A stretch of 64,000 bases of DNA from positions 24,370-88,369 of the forward strand of contig NZ_DAMBCN010000017.1 of assembly GCF_032056425.1 (NCBI RefSeq), in the 5' to 3' direction. Of the stretch, positions 39,899 through 48,414 are shown one piece after another. This stretch comes from Stenotrophomonas sp. GTDB lineage: Bacteria; Pseudomonadota; Gammaproteobacteria; Xanthomonadales; Xanthomonadaceae. Positions within the stretch are counted from its first letter, which is position 1. Each line of letters starts with the position of its first letter. The notes under the pieces are model-generated. The model had not been told where the DNA came from, ran no database searches, and worked only from the letters and a program-made list of their open reading frames with translations. The translations under genes and the position numbers were made by a program.

Positions 39899-41131
39899 AT
39901 GCATGCCATGACTTCCCCCAACACGTCTCCACACCGTATCGGTCATCGCCTGGCGATGGCTGGTGTTTCGATCCTTGCCGCTGCCGTGCTGGCCGCCTGC
40001 AGTGGCGGCCATGCCGAAGAGGCCGGTGCGCCGCCGCCGCCGCAGGTCAGTGCCGCCCCGGTGCTGGTCAAGCAGGTCAGCCAGTGGGATGAATTCAGCG
40101 GCCGCGTTGAAGCCGTGCAGAGCGTCGAGCTGCGCCCGCGCGTGTCCGGCTACATCGACAAGGTCAACTATGTCGAAGGCGAAGAAGTGAAGAAGGGCGC
40201 TGTCCTGTTCACCATCGACGCGCGCAGCTACCAGGCCGAGTACGATCGCGCCGCCGCTGAACTGGCCCGTGCCCGCACCCAGGCCAGCCTGGCCCGCAGC
40301 GAATCCGAGCGTGCCAAGCGCCTGTCCGAACAGCAGGCCATTTCCACCGAAACCGCCGAACAGCGTCGCGCCGCGGCCGACCAGTCCGGCGCGGCGGTGC
40401 AGGCGGCGCAGGCGGCACTGGATGCGGCACGCCTGAACCTGGAGTTCACCAAGGTGCGCGCGCCCATCGATGGCCGTGCCGGCCGCGCGATGGTTACCGC
40501 CGGCAACCTGGTCACCGCCGGCGACAGCGCCAGCGTACTGACCACGCTGGTATCGCTGGACACGGTGTTCGTCTACTTCGATGCCGACGAAAGCACCTTC
40601 CTGCGCTACACCCAGATGGCCCGCAACGGCCAGCGCCCGAGCGAGCGCGACAGCGAACTGCCGGTGAAGGTCGGCCTGTCGGGCGAAGACGGCTACCCGC
40701 ACACCGGCAAGGTCGACTTCCTCGACAACCAGGTGACCCGCAGCACCGGCACCATTCGGGTGCGCGCGCTGCTGGACAACGCCGACCGCCAGTTCACCCC
40801 GGGCCTGTTCGCCCGCGTGCAGCTGCTGGGCAGTGGCCAGTTCGAAGCCCGCCTGATCGATGACAAGGCGGTGCTGACCGACCAGGACCGCAAGTACGTG
40901 TACGTGGTCGACAAGGATGGCAAGGCGCAGCGTCGCGATGTCCGCCTCGGTCGAACCGCCGAAGGCCTGCGCATCGTTGAAGACGGTCTGGCTGCCGGTG
41001 ACAAGGTGATCATCGACGGCGTGCAGAAGGTCTTCATGCCGGGCATGCCGGTGCAGGCCAAGGCGGTGGCGATGCAGCCGCAGCCGGCCCCCGCGCCGGG
41101 CCGCGATGCGACCGCCGCACTGAAGCACTGA
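39899..41131 (+). CDS. smeV: RND efflux membrane fusion (periplasmic adaptor) protein
   Basis: Lipobox LAACSGG. HlyD/AcrA-family coiled-coil and barrel domains. Confidence 0.85.
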   Translation: MHAMTSPNTSPHRIGHRLAMAGVSILAAAVLAACSGGHAEEAGAPPPPQVSAAPVLVKQVSQWDEFSGRVEAVQSVELRPRVSGYIDKVNYVEGEEVKKGAVLFTIDARSYQAEYDRAAAELARARTQASLARSESERAKRLSEQQAISTETAEQRRAAADQSGAAVQAAQAALDAARLNLEFTKVRAPIDGRAGRAMVTAGNLVTAGDSASVLTTLVSLDTVFVYFDADESTFLRYTQMARNGQRPSERDSELPVKVGLSGEDGYPHTGKVDFLDNQVTRSTGTIRVRALLDNADRQFTPGLFARVQLLGSGQFEARLIDDKAVLTDQDRKYVYVVDKDGKAQRRDVRLGRTAEGLRIVEDGLAAGDKVIIDGVQKVFMPGMPVQAKAVAMQPQPAPAPGRDATAALKH

Positions 41132-41243
41132 TCCGCGTTTCCCTCTAGCTGCCGGCGCCTGCGGCAGCCTTCCCTGCCTTCGTCATATCGACGAGGGGCA
41201 GGGCGGCTGTTGCCCGTCGGCGGCATTTCCCAGGAATTCCTCC

Positions 41244-44200
41244 ATGGACTTTTCCCGTTTCTTCATCGACAGGCCGATCTTCGCGGCGGTGCTGTCGATC
41301 GTGATCTTCGCCGCCGGCCTGATCTCGATTCCCATCCTGCCCATCGGCGAGTACCCCGAAGTGGTGCCGCCGTCGGTGGTCGTGCGTACGGTCTATCCCG
41401 GCGCCAACCCCAAGGTCATTGCTGAAACCGTGGCCACCCCGCTGGAAGAAGCGATCAACGGCGTCGAGGGCATGATGTACCTCAAGTCGGTGGCCGGTTC
41501 GGACGGCGTGCTGCAGATGACCATCACCTTCCGCCCGGGCACCGACCCGGACGAAGCGGCGGTGAAGGTGCAGAACCGCGTGGCCCAGGCGCAGGCGCGC
41601 CTGCCCGAGGACGTGCGCCGGCAGGGCGTGACCACGCAGAAGCAGTCGCCCACCTTCCTGATGGTGGTGCACCTGACCTCGCCCAATGGCAAGTACGACA
41701 CGCTGTACCTGCGCAACTACGCTCGCCTGCACGTGAAGGACGCGCTGGCACGCATCCAGGGCGTGGGCGATGCGCAGATCTTCGGTGGCGGCGACTACGC
41801 CATGCGCGCCTGGCTGGACCCGGACAAGGTGGCCGCGCGCGGCCTGACCGCCAGCGACGTGGTGGCCGCCATGCGCGAACAGAACGTGCAGGTCTCGGCT
41901 GGCCAGCTGGGTGCCGAACCGCTGCCCAACAGCCAGTTCCTGACCCTGATCAACGCGCAGGGCCGACTGAAGAGTGAGCAGGAATTCGGCGACATCGTGC
42001 TCAAGAGCGGCACCGATGGCGAGATCGTGCGCCTGTCTGATGTGGCCCGCCTGGAACTGGGTGCCGGTGACTACACCCTGCGCTCGCAGCTGGATGGCAA
42101 GAACGCGGTAGGCATCGGCATCTTCCAGTCACCCGGCGCCAACGCCCTTGAAATCCGTGATGCAGTGATCGGCACCATGGACGAGATGCAGAAGAGCTTC
42201 CCGGCCGACGTGAAGTACGAAGCGGTGTACGACACCACCATCTTCGTGCGCGATTCGATCAAGGCCGTGGTCTCCACGCTGCTGGAGGCCATTGCCCTGG
42301 TGGTGCTGGTGGTGATCCTGTTCCTGCAGACCTGGCGTGCCTCGATCATTCCGCTGATCGCCGTGCCGGTGTCGGTGGTGGGTACGTTCGCCGCGCTGTA
42401 CCTGCTGGGCTTCTCGATCAACACGCTCAGCCTGTTCGGCCTGGTGCTGGCGATCGGCATCGTGGTGGACGATGCGATCGTGGTCGTGGAAAACGTGGAA
42501 CGCAACATCGAAGAAGGCCTGTCGCCCACCGCGGCGGCACACCAGGCCATGCGTGAAGTGTCCGGGCCGATCATCGCCATCGCGCTGGTGCTGTGCGCGG
42601 TGTTCGTGCCGATGGCCTTCCTGTCCGGTGTCACCGGCCAGTTCTACAAGCAGTTCGCCGTCACCATCGCCATCTCCACGGTCATCTCGGCCATCAACTC
42701 GCTCACGCTGTCGCCGGCGCTGGCCGCGCGTCTGCTGAAGCCGCACGGTGCACCCAAGGATGCGCCGAGCCGCCTGATCGACCGTCTGTTCGGCTGGGTG
42801 TTCCGTCCGTTCAACCGCTTCTTCAAGTCCAGCTCGGAAAAGTACGAGCGGGGCGTGTCGAAGATCCTCGGCCGTCGTGGTGCGGTGTTCGTGGTCTACG
42901 CGATCCTGCTGGTCGGTACCGGCGTGATCTTCAAGCTGGTGCCGCCGGGCTTCATTCCCACCCAGGACAAGCTGTACCTGATTGCCGGTGTGAAGCTGCC
43001 GGAAGGCTCGTCGATCGCGCGTACCGATGAAATGCTGCGCAAGGTCGCCAGGATCGCCCAGGAAACCGATGGCGTGGCCCACACCATCTCGTTCCCGGGT
43101 CTGAACGCGCTGCAGTTCACCAATACGCCCAACACGGGTGTGGCCTTCATCCCGCTCAAGCCGTTCAACGAGCGCCACGGCCGTACCGCTGCGCAGATCA
43201 ACGCCGAGATCAACCAGAAGATCGCTGGGCTGCAGGAAGGCTTCGCGTTCTCGATGATGCCGCCGCCGATCCTCGGCCTGGGCAACGGCAACGGCTACCA
43301 GATGTTCATCGAAGACCGCGGCAACCTGGGCTATGGCGCCCTGCAGAATGCCGTGCAGTCGATGCAGGGTGCCGTGGCACAGACCCCCGGCATGGCGTTC
43401 CCGATCACCAGCTACCAGGCCAACGTGCCGCAGCTGGATGCCGAAGTGGACCGGGTGAAGGCCAAGGCGCAGGGCGTGCAGCTCACCGAGCTGTTCGACA
43501 CCCTGCAGACCTACCTGGGCTCGGCCTACGTGAACGACTTCAACCAGTTCGGCCGTACCTGGCAGGTGATCGCCCAGGCCGATGGTCCGTTCCGTGAAAG
43601 CGTGGAAGACATCGGCAAGCTGCGTACCCGCAACGACCGTGGCGAGATGGTGCCGATCGGTTCGATGGTCACCGTGAAGCAGACCTACGGCCCGGACCCG
43701 GTGCTGCGCTTCAACGGCTACCCGGCCGCAGACCTGGCCGGTGAAGCCGACCCGCGCGTGCTGTCCTCGGCCGAAGCCATGAACAAGCTGACCGAGATCG
43801 CCGGCAAGGTGCTGCCGGTGGGCATGACCACCGAATGGACCGACCTGAGCTACCAGCAGGCGACCCAGGGCAAGGCCGCCTTCATCGTCTTCCCGGTGGC
43901 GATCATGCTGGCCTTCCTGGTGCTGGCTGCGCTGTACGAAAGCTGGTCGCTGCCGCTGGCGGTGATCCTGATCGTACCGATGACCCTGCTGTCGGCCCTG
44001 TTCGGCGTGTGGCTGACCGGCGGTGACAACAACGTGTTCGTGCAGGTGGGCCTGGTGGTGTTGATGGGCCTGGCGTGCAAGAACGCGATCCTCATCGTCG
44101 AGTTCGCCCGCGAGCTGGAAATGGGCGGCAAGGGCATCGTCGAGGCCGCCCTGGAAGCCTGCCGCCTGCGCCTGCGCCCGATCGTGATGACCTCCATCGC

Positions 44201-44414
44201 CTTCATCGCCGGCACCGTGCCGCTGGTGCTGTCGCATGGTGCAGGTGCCGAGGTACGCTCGGTCACCGGCATCACCGTGTTCGCCGGCATGCTGGGCGTG
44301 ACCCTGTTCGGCCTGTTCCTGACCCCCGTGTTCTACGTCGCCCTGCGCAAGTTCGTCACCCGTAACGGCGGTGGCCAGCTGGTGCAGCACGGCGAACCGA
44401 CCATTCATCACTGA
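41244..44414 (+). CDS. smeW: RND multidrug efflux inner-membrane transporter
   Basis: 1056 aa with AcrB/MexB family similarity from MDFSRFFIDRPIFA to the end. 12-TM architecture. Confidence 0.9.
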   Translation: MDFSRFFIDRPIFAAVLSIVIFAAGLISIPILPIGEYPEVVPPSVVVRTVYPGANPKVIAETVATPLEEAINGVEGMMYLKSVAGSDGVLQMTITFRPGTDPDEAAVKVQNRVAQAQARLPEDVRRQGVTTQKQSPTFLMVVHLTSPNGKYDTLYLRNYARLHVKDALARIQGVGDAQIFGGGDYAMRAWLDPDKVAARGLTASDVVAAMREQNVQVSAGQLGAEPLPNSQFLTLINAQGRLKSEQEFGDIVLKSGTDGEIVRLSDVARLELGAGDYTLRSQLDGKNAVGIGIFQSPGANALEIRDAVIGTMDEMQKSFPADVKYEAVYDTTIFVRDSIKAVVSTLLEAIALVVLVVILFLQTWRASIIPLIAVPVSVVGTFAALYLLGFSINTLSLFGLVLAIGIVVDDAIVVVENVERNIEEGLSPTAAAHQAMREVSGPIIAIALVLCAVFVPMAFLSGVTGQFYKQFAVTIAISTVISAINSLTLSPALAARLLKPHGAPKDAPSRLIDRLFGWVFRPFNRFFKSSSEKYERGVSKILGRRGAVFVVYAILLVGTGVIFKLVPPGFIPTQDKLYLIAGVKLPEGSSIARTDEMLRKVARIAQETDGVAHTISFPGLNALQFTNTPNTGVAFIPLKPFNERHGRTAAQINAEINQKIAGLQEGFAFSMMPPPILGLGNGNGYQMFIEDRGNLGYGALQNAVQSMQGAVAQTPGMAFPITSYQANVPQLDAEVDRVKAKAQGVQLTELFDTLQTYLGSAYVNDFNQFGRTWQVIAQADGPFRESVEDIGKLRTRNDRGEMVPIGSMVTVKQTYGPDPVLRFNGYPAADLAGEADPRVLSSAEAMNKLTEIAGKVLPVGMTTEWTDLSYQQATQGKAAFIVFPVAIMLAFLVLAALYESWSLPLAVILIVPMTLLSALFGVWLTGGDNNVFVQVGLVVLMGLACKNAILIVEFARELEMGGKGIVEAALEACRLRLRPIVMTSIAFIAGTVPLVLSHGAGAEVRSVTGITVFAGMLGVTLFGLFLTPVFYVALRKFVTRNGGGQLVQHGEPTIHH

Positions 44415-44431
44415 CCTGGAAAACAGCGGTT

Positions 44432-44452
44432 GCGCCGGCCCGGTGCCGGCGC
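44432..44452 (+). terminator. intra-operon GC hairpin between smeW and smeU2 (possible attenuator)
   Basis: GCGCCGGC-CCGGT-GCCGGCGC followed by CCGCTTTCCCC. The T-tract is weak. Confidence 0.3.
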
Positions 44453-44480
44453 CCGCTTTCCCCTATCGAGGCATGACCCC

Positions 44481-45218
44481 ATGAACACCCATCAGAACAA
44501 GATTGCCCTGGTTACCGGCGCCACCCGCGGCATCGGCCTGGAAACCGTGCGCCAGCTGGCGCAGGCCGGCGTGCACACGCTGCTGGCCGGTCGCAAGCGC
44601 GAAACGGCCGTGGAGCAGGCGTTGCAGCTGCAGGCCGAAGGCCTGCCGGTGGAAGCCATCCAGCTGGACGTGACCGATGCAGCCAGCATTGCCGAGGCCG
44701 CCGAACAGGTGCGCCAGCGCCATGGGCGCCTGGACATCCTGGTGAACAACGCCGGCATCATGATCGAGAACCCGGCGCAGGCGCCGTCCGAGCAGTCGCT
44801 CGATACCTGGCGCCGCACCTTCGACACCAACGTGTATGCACTGGTGGCCGTTACCCAGGCCTTCCTGCCGCTGGTCAAGCAGGCCAAGTCGGGCCGCATC
44901 GTCAACGTGTCCAGCATGCTCGGCTCGCAGACCCTGCATGCCGATCCGAACTCGGGCATCTACGATTTCAAGATTCCCGCCTACAACGCCTCCAAGGCCG
45001 CAGTGAACAGCTGGACGCTCAGCCTGGCCTACGAACTGCGCAACACCCCGATCAAGGTCAACACCGTGCACCCCGGCTACGTGAAGACCGACATGAACGG
45101 TGGCAACGGCGAGATCGAAATCAGCGAAGGCGCCCGTTCCAGCGTGGAAATGGCGCTGATCGGCGACGCCGGCGCCAGCGGCAGCTTCACCTACCTGGGC
45201 GAGGTGCTGCCGTGGTGA
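44481..45218 (+). CDS. smeU2: classical SDR oxidoreductase embedded in the pump operon
   Basis: ATG at 44481. TGATRGIG and YNASK motifs. Confidence 0.85.
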   Translation: MNTHQNKIALVTGATRGIGLETVRQLAQAGVHTLLAGRKRETAVEQALQLQAEGLPVEAIQLDVTDAASIAEAAEQVRQRHGRLDILVNNAGIMIENPAQAPSEQSLDTWRRTFDTNVYALVAVTQAFLPLVKQAKSGRIVNVSSMLGSQTLHADPNSGIYDFKIPAYNASKAAVNSWTLSLAYELRNTPIKVNTVHPGYVKTDMNGGNGEIEISEGARSSVEMALIGDAGASGSFTYLGEVLPW

Positions 45219-46627
45219 TCCGTACCCTGGCCGTGGCCGTGTCCAGCCTGGTGCTGGCCGGCTGCGTGACGGTTGGCCCCAACTACACGGCACCGGTGCA
45301 GGAGCCGGTCGCCCTGCAGGGCGCACAGCAGGCGGTGTTCAGTACCACATCGCCGGTGGCCAGCTGGTGGGCCCAGTTCGACGATCCAGTGCTGGAAGAA
45401 CTGGTGCACGGTGCGCTGTCGGACAACCTGGACCTGCGCGTGGCCGTGGCCCGCGTCAGCCAGGCCCGCGCAGTGTTCGTGGAAAGCCGCTTCGACCAGG
45501 CGCCGCATGTCACCGCCGGTGGCAGCTACGACCGCCGCAAGCAGCCCGATGCAACGCAGGGTGGCGAACGGGTGTTCAGCGAAAGCTACCAGCTCGGCTT
45601 CGATGCCGGCTGGGAGCTGGATCTGTTCGGCCGCAAGCGCCGCGCCGCCGAAGCCGCGCGTGCCGACCTGGGCGCCGAGCAGGCCAACCTGGCCGACGCG
45701 CAGGTGCTGGTGGCCGCCGAAGTGGCGCGCAACTACTTCGAACTGCGGGGTACCCAGAAGCGCATCGCGGTGGCCCAGCACACGCTGGAAAACCTGCGCG
45801 ATACGCAGAAGCTGACCGAAGCGCGCTGGGAACTGGGCGCCGGCAGCGAGCTGGACGTGCAGAGCAGCCGCGCACGCCTGAAGGCGATCGAGGCCGACAT
45901 TCCGCTGCTGGAAGTGGCAGAAGCACAGTCGCGCAACCGCCTGGCGGTGCTGTTGGGCCAGCGCCCGGAAGTGCTGACCGCGATGCTGGCCCCGCATGAG
46001 GTGCCGGCGTTTGCCAAGGCACTGCCGCTGGGTGACACCCGCGAGCTGCTGCGCCAGCGTGCCGACGTGCGCATGGCCGAACGCCGCCTGGCCGCCGCCA
46101 CCGCGCGGGTAGGTGTGGCCACCGCCGACCTGTTCCCGCGTCTGTCGCTGTCCGGCTTCGTCGGCTTCCTCGGCGGCGACGCCAGCGGGCTGGTGAACGG
46201 CAACAACAAGGCCTGGTCGCTCACCCCGTCGATCAGCTGGGCCGCGTTCGATTTCGGCACGGTGAAGGCACGCCTGCGGGCCAGCAAGGCCGAAGCCGAA
46301 GGCGTGGCCGCGCAGTACGAGCAGGCCGTGCTGCTGGCGCTGGAAGACACCGAAAACGCGCTCACCCGCTATGCCAAGCAGCAGGCACGGCTGGCGATCG
46401 TGGTCGAGCAGGCGCAGGCGGCACGTCGTGCCGAAGCGCTTGCGCAGATCCGCTATCGCGAAGGCTCGGAGGACTTCCTGACCCTGCTGGACGCCCAGCG
46501 CACGCAACTGGTGGCCGACGATGCGCTGGCGGCGGCCGAAGCGGAAGTGAATGTCAGCGTGGTCGGTGTCTACAAGGCACTGGGCGGCTGGGGCCAGGCG
46601 CCGCAGCCGGCGATGGCCAGCCGCTGA
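45212..46627 (+). CDS. smeX: RND efflux outer-membrane factor lipoprotein (NodT/OprM family)
   Basis: GTG start overlapping the smeU2 stop. Lipobox LVLAGC. Two-repeat OEP architecture. Confidence 0.88.
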   Translation: MVIRTLAVAVSSLVLAGCVTVGPNYTAPVQEPVALQGAQQAVFSTTSPVASWWAQFDDPVLEELVHGALSDNLDLRVAVARVSQARAVFVESRFDQAPHVTAGGSYDRRKQPDATQGGERVFSESYQLGFDAGWELDLFGRKRRAAEAARADLGAEQANLADAQVLVAAEVARNYFELRGTQKRIAVAQHTLENLRDTQKLTEARWELGAGSELDVQSSRARLKAIEADIPLLEVAEAQSRNRLAVLLGQRPEVLTAMLAPHEVPAFAKALPLGDTRELLRQRADVRMAERRLAAATARVGVATADLFPRLSLSGFVGFLGGDASGLVNGNNKAWSLTPSISWAAFDFGTVKARLRASKAEAEGVAAQYEQAVLLALEDTENALTRYAKQQARLAIVVEQAQAARRAEALAQIRYREGSEDFLTLLDAQRTQLVADDALAAAEAEVNVSVVGVYKALGGWGQAPQPAMASR

Positions 46628-46790
46628 AGCCGGGCGAGGGCATCACGTCGTTTCCAGCGTGGCTGGCGGCGTGATGCCCACCGTTCTTGTGGTCCTGCTG
46701 CGGTGTCGTGCTGGGTGCTGTCGTTTCTGACTCTGCCGGAAACCAAGCGCACGGTGTACCTAGAGGGAACCACCCCAGCAAGGACAGGCG

Positions 46791-47054
46791 ATGCGTGACG
46801 ACAAGCGATCCACCCAGCGGATGCTGTTCGGTGATCCCGGCCTGCCTGGCGCAGGCTTGTCGGTGGCGGTGGTGGTGCTGATGGTGCTGGCCGCCCTGGG
46901 CGGCGCGCTTGGCTTCATGCGCCTGCCCGATTCGATGATCGGCATCGGCCTGATCTGCGTGGCCCTGCTGCTGGCGGTGGCCGCGCGCATCTTCCAGGCA
47001 CGCGACCAGCACCAGGCGTTGTTCCGCCTTCTGGACAAGCGCCCCCCGCTGTAA
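46791..47054 (+). CDS. hypothetical small membrane protein
   Basis: 87 aa with two hydrophobic helices and GC3-rich codons. The RBS is weak (AAGGACAGG). Confidence 0.45.
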   Translation: MRDDKRSTQRMLFGDPGLPGAGLSVAVVVLMVLAALGGALGFMRLPDSMIGIGLICVALLLAVAARIFQARDQHQALFRLLDKRPPL

Positions 47055-47070
47055 GCAGGGGGCGCGCCGG

Positions 47071-47925
47071 TCAGGGCGTGGGCCAGTCCAGTTCCACCAC
47101 CAGCGGGAAGTGGTCCGACGGCAGCACGCCGCCAATGCGGCGGTCATCGGTGGTGAAGCTGCGTGCGTGGAAGCCGCGCACCAGCACCCAGTCCAGTTGC
47201 ACGGTGGCCTTGCCGGTGAAGTCATGGAAGGTCTGCCGGGGGCCCTTCGGCGTGGCCACCTGGGTGCGGGTGTCCTGCAGTACCCGGGTGAAGGCCTGGT
47301 AGGTGCCGCTGCCGGGTTCGGTGTTGAAATCGCCGGTCAGCACCACTGGCAGGTCGGCCGGCAGGCCGCCCACGCGTTGCGCGATCAGCTCGGCGCCCTT
47401 CTGCCGGCGCGGCTCGTCCTCGTCGCGGTAGGGCAGGTGGGTGTCCATGAAGTAGAACCGGCGGCCGTCGTCCAGTCGGCGGAACAGCGCCCAGGTCACC
47501 ATGCGTGGGTACAGATTGCCCCAGGTGATGCTGCCCGGCACGTCCGGGGTATCGGACAGCCAGAAATCACCGGACTGCTCGATCGCCAGCACCTTGCTGT
47601 CGTAGAACACGCCCATGTGTTCGTCGTCCTCGCCACCGCGGCGGCCCTTGCCGAACCAGCGGTAGCCCGGCAGGTGTTCGGCCAGGTACTGGGCCTGCTC
47701 CGGCACCAGTTCCTGGGTGCCGATCACCGCTGGGTGGGCCTCCAGGATGACCTTGACCATCGCATCGCGGCGGTCCGGCCAGCGCTTGCCCGGCTCGGTA
47801 TCGGCCGGGGTGCGCACGTTGAACGACATGACTTTCAGCGGTGCCGGGCTGGCAGCCCAGGCGGCGGCCGGCAGGGCCAGGGCCAACAGCGCGCAGAGCG
47901 CGGTGCGGCGGACATGCTGCAACAT
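47071..47925 (-). CDS. secreted endonuclease/exonuclease/phosphatase (EEP) family protein
   Basis: ATG at 47923-47925 with GGAGGG RBS. Signal peptide ...ALPAAAWA. N-terminal KVMSFNVR and C-terminal SDHFPLVVEL motifs. Confidence 0.8.
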   Translation of the reverse strand: MLQHVRRTALCALLALALPAAAWAASPAPLKVMSFNVRTPADTEPGKRWPDRRDAMVKVILEAHPAVIGTQELVPEQAQYLAEHLPGYRWFGKGRRGGEDDEHMGVFYDSKVLAIEQSGDFWLSDTPDVPGSITWGNLYPRMVTWALFRRLDDGRRFYFMDTHLPYRDEDEPRRQKGAELIAQRVGGLPADLPVVLTGDFNTEPGSGTYQAFTRVLQDTRTQVATPKGPRQTFHDFTGKATVQLDWVLVRGFHARSFTTDDRRIGGVLPSDHFPLVVELDWPTP

Positions 47926-48075
47926 CGTGGAATCCCTCCATTCCATGAAAACGATTCCAGAGCATGCCACGGAAGGGCGGGGCTGCGGTATGCCGCGATG
48001 GGCGGCTGGCAGAGGCCGGGCAGGCAGCAAAGGCCCGCCCGGCGCAGTGATGCAATGGGTCAGCTCAGGCCTGGA

Positions 48076-48318
48076 TCAGTTGCGCAGGTACGGATTGCCG
48101 TACTCATCGATCCAGTACTCGGCTTCGTGCACGTTGCCCTGTTCGTCGATGTACGTTTCGGTGCAGTGCTGGTGGACGCGGTTGCGGTCGATGTTCACCG
48201 GCACGCACGAGACCGTCGTTCCCGGTGCGCTGGCCTGTGCTCCGGCCAGCGGAACCAGGGTTGCCGCGGCTACCACCAGGGTGGCCATCGTGGCCAATTG
48301 CAGTTTCATCAGCTTCAT
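48076..48318 (-). CDS. hypothetical small secreted protein
   Basis: ATG at 48316-48318 with AGGAAG RBS. Signal peptide, two Cys, and a duplicated YIDEQGN / WIDEYGN motif. Confidence 0.55.
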   Translation of the reverse strand: MKLMKLQLATMATLVVAAATLVPLAGAQASAPGTTVSCVPVNIDRNRVHQHCTETYIDEQGNVHEAEYWIDEYGNPYLRN

Positions 48319-48414
48319 CCTTGCTTCCTGCGATCGCGCACATGCGCCGTGCTGGTGTAGCACGCGCGCCAGGCCGCCGGAAGTGCCGCGGCGTCGCCGC
48401 AGGACCACGCGCGG

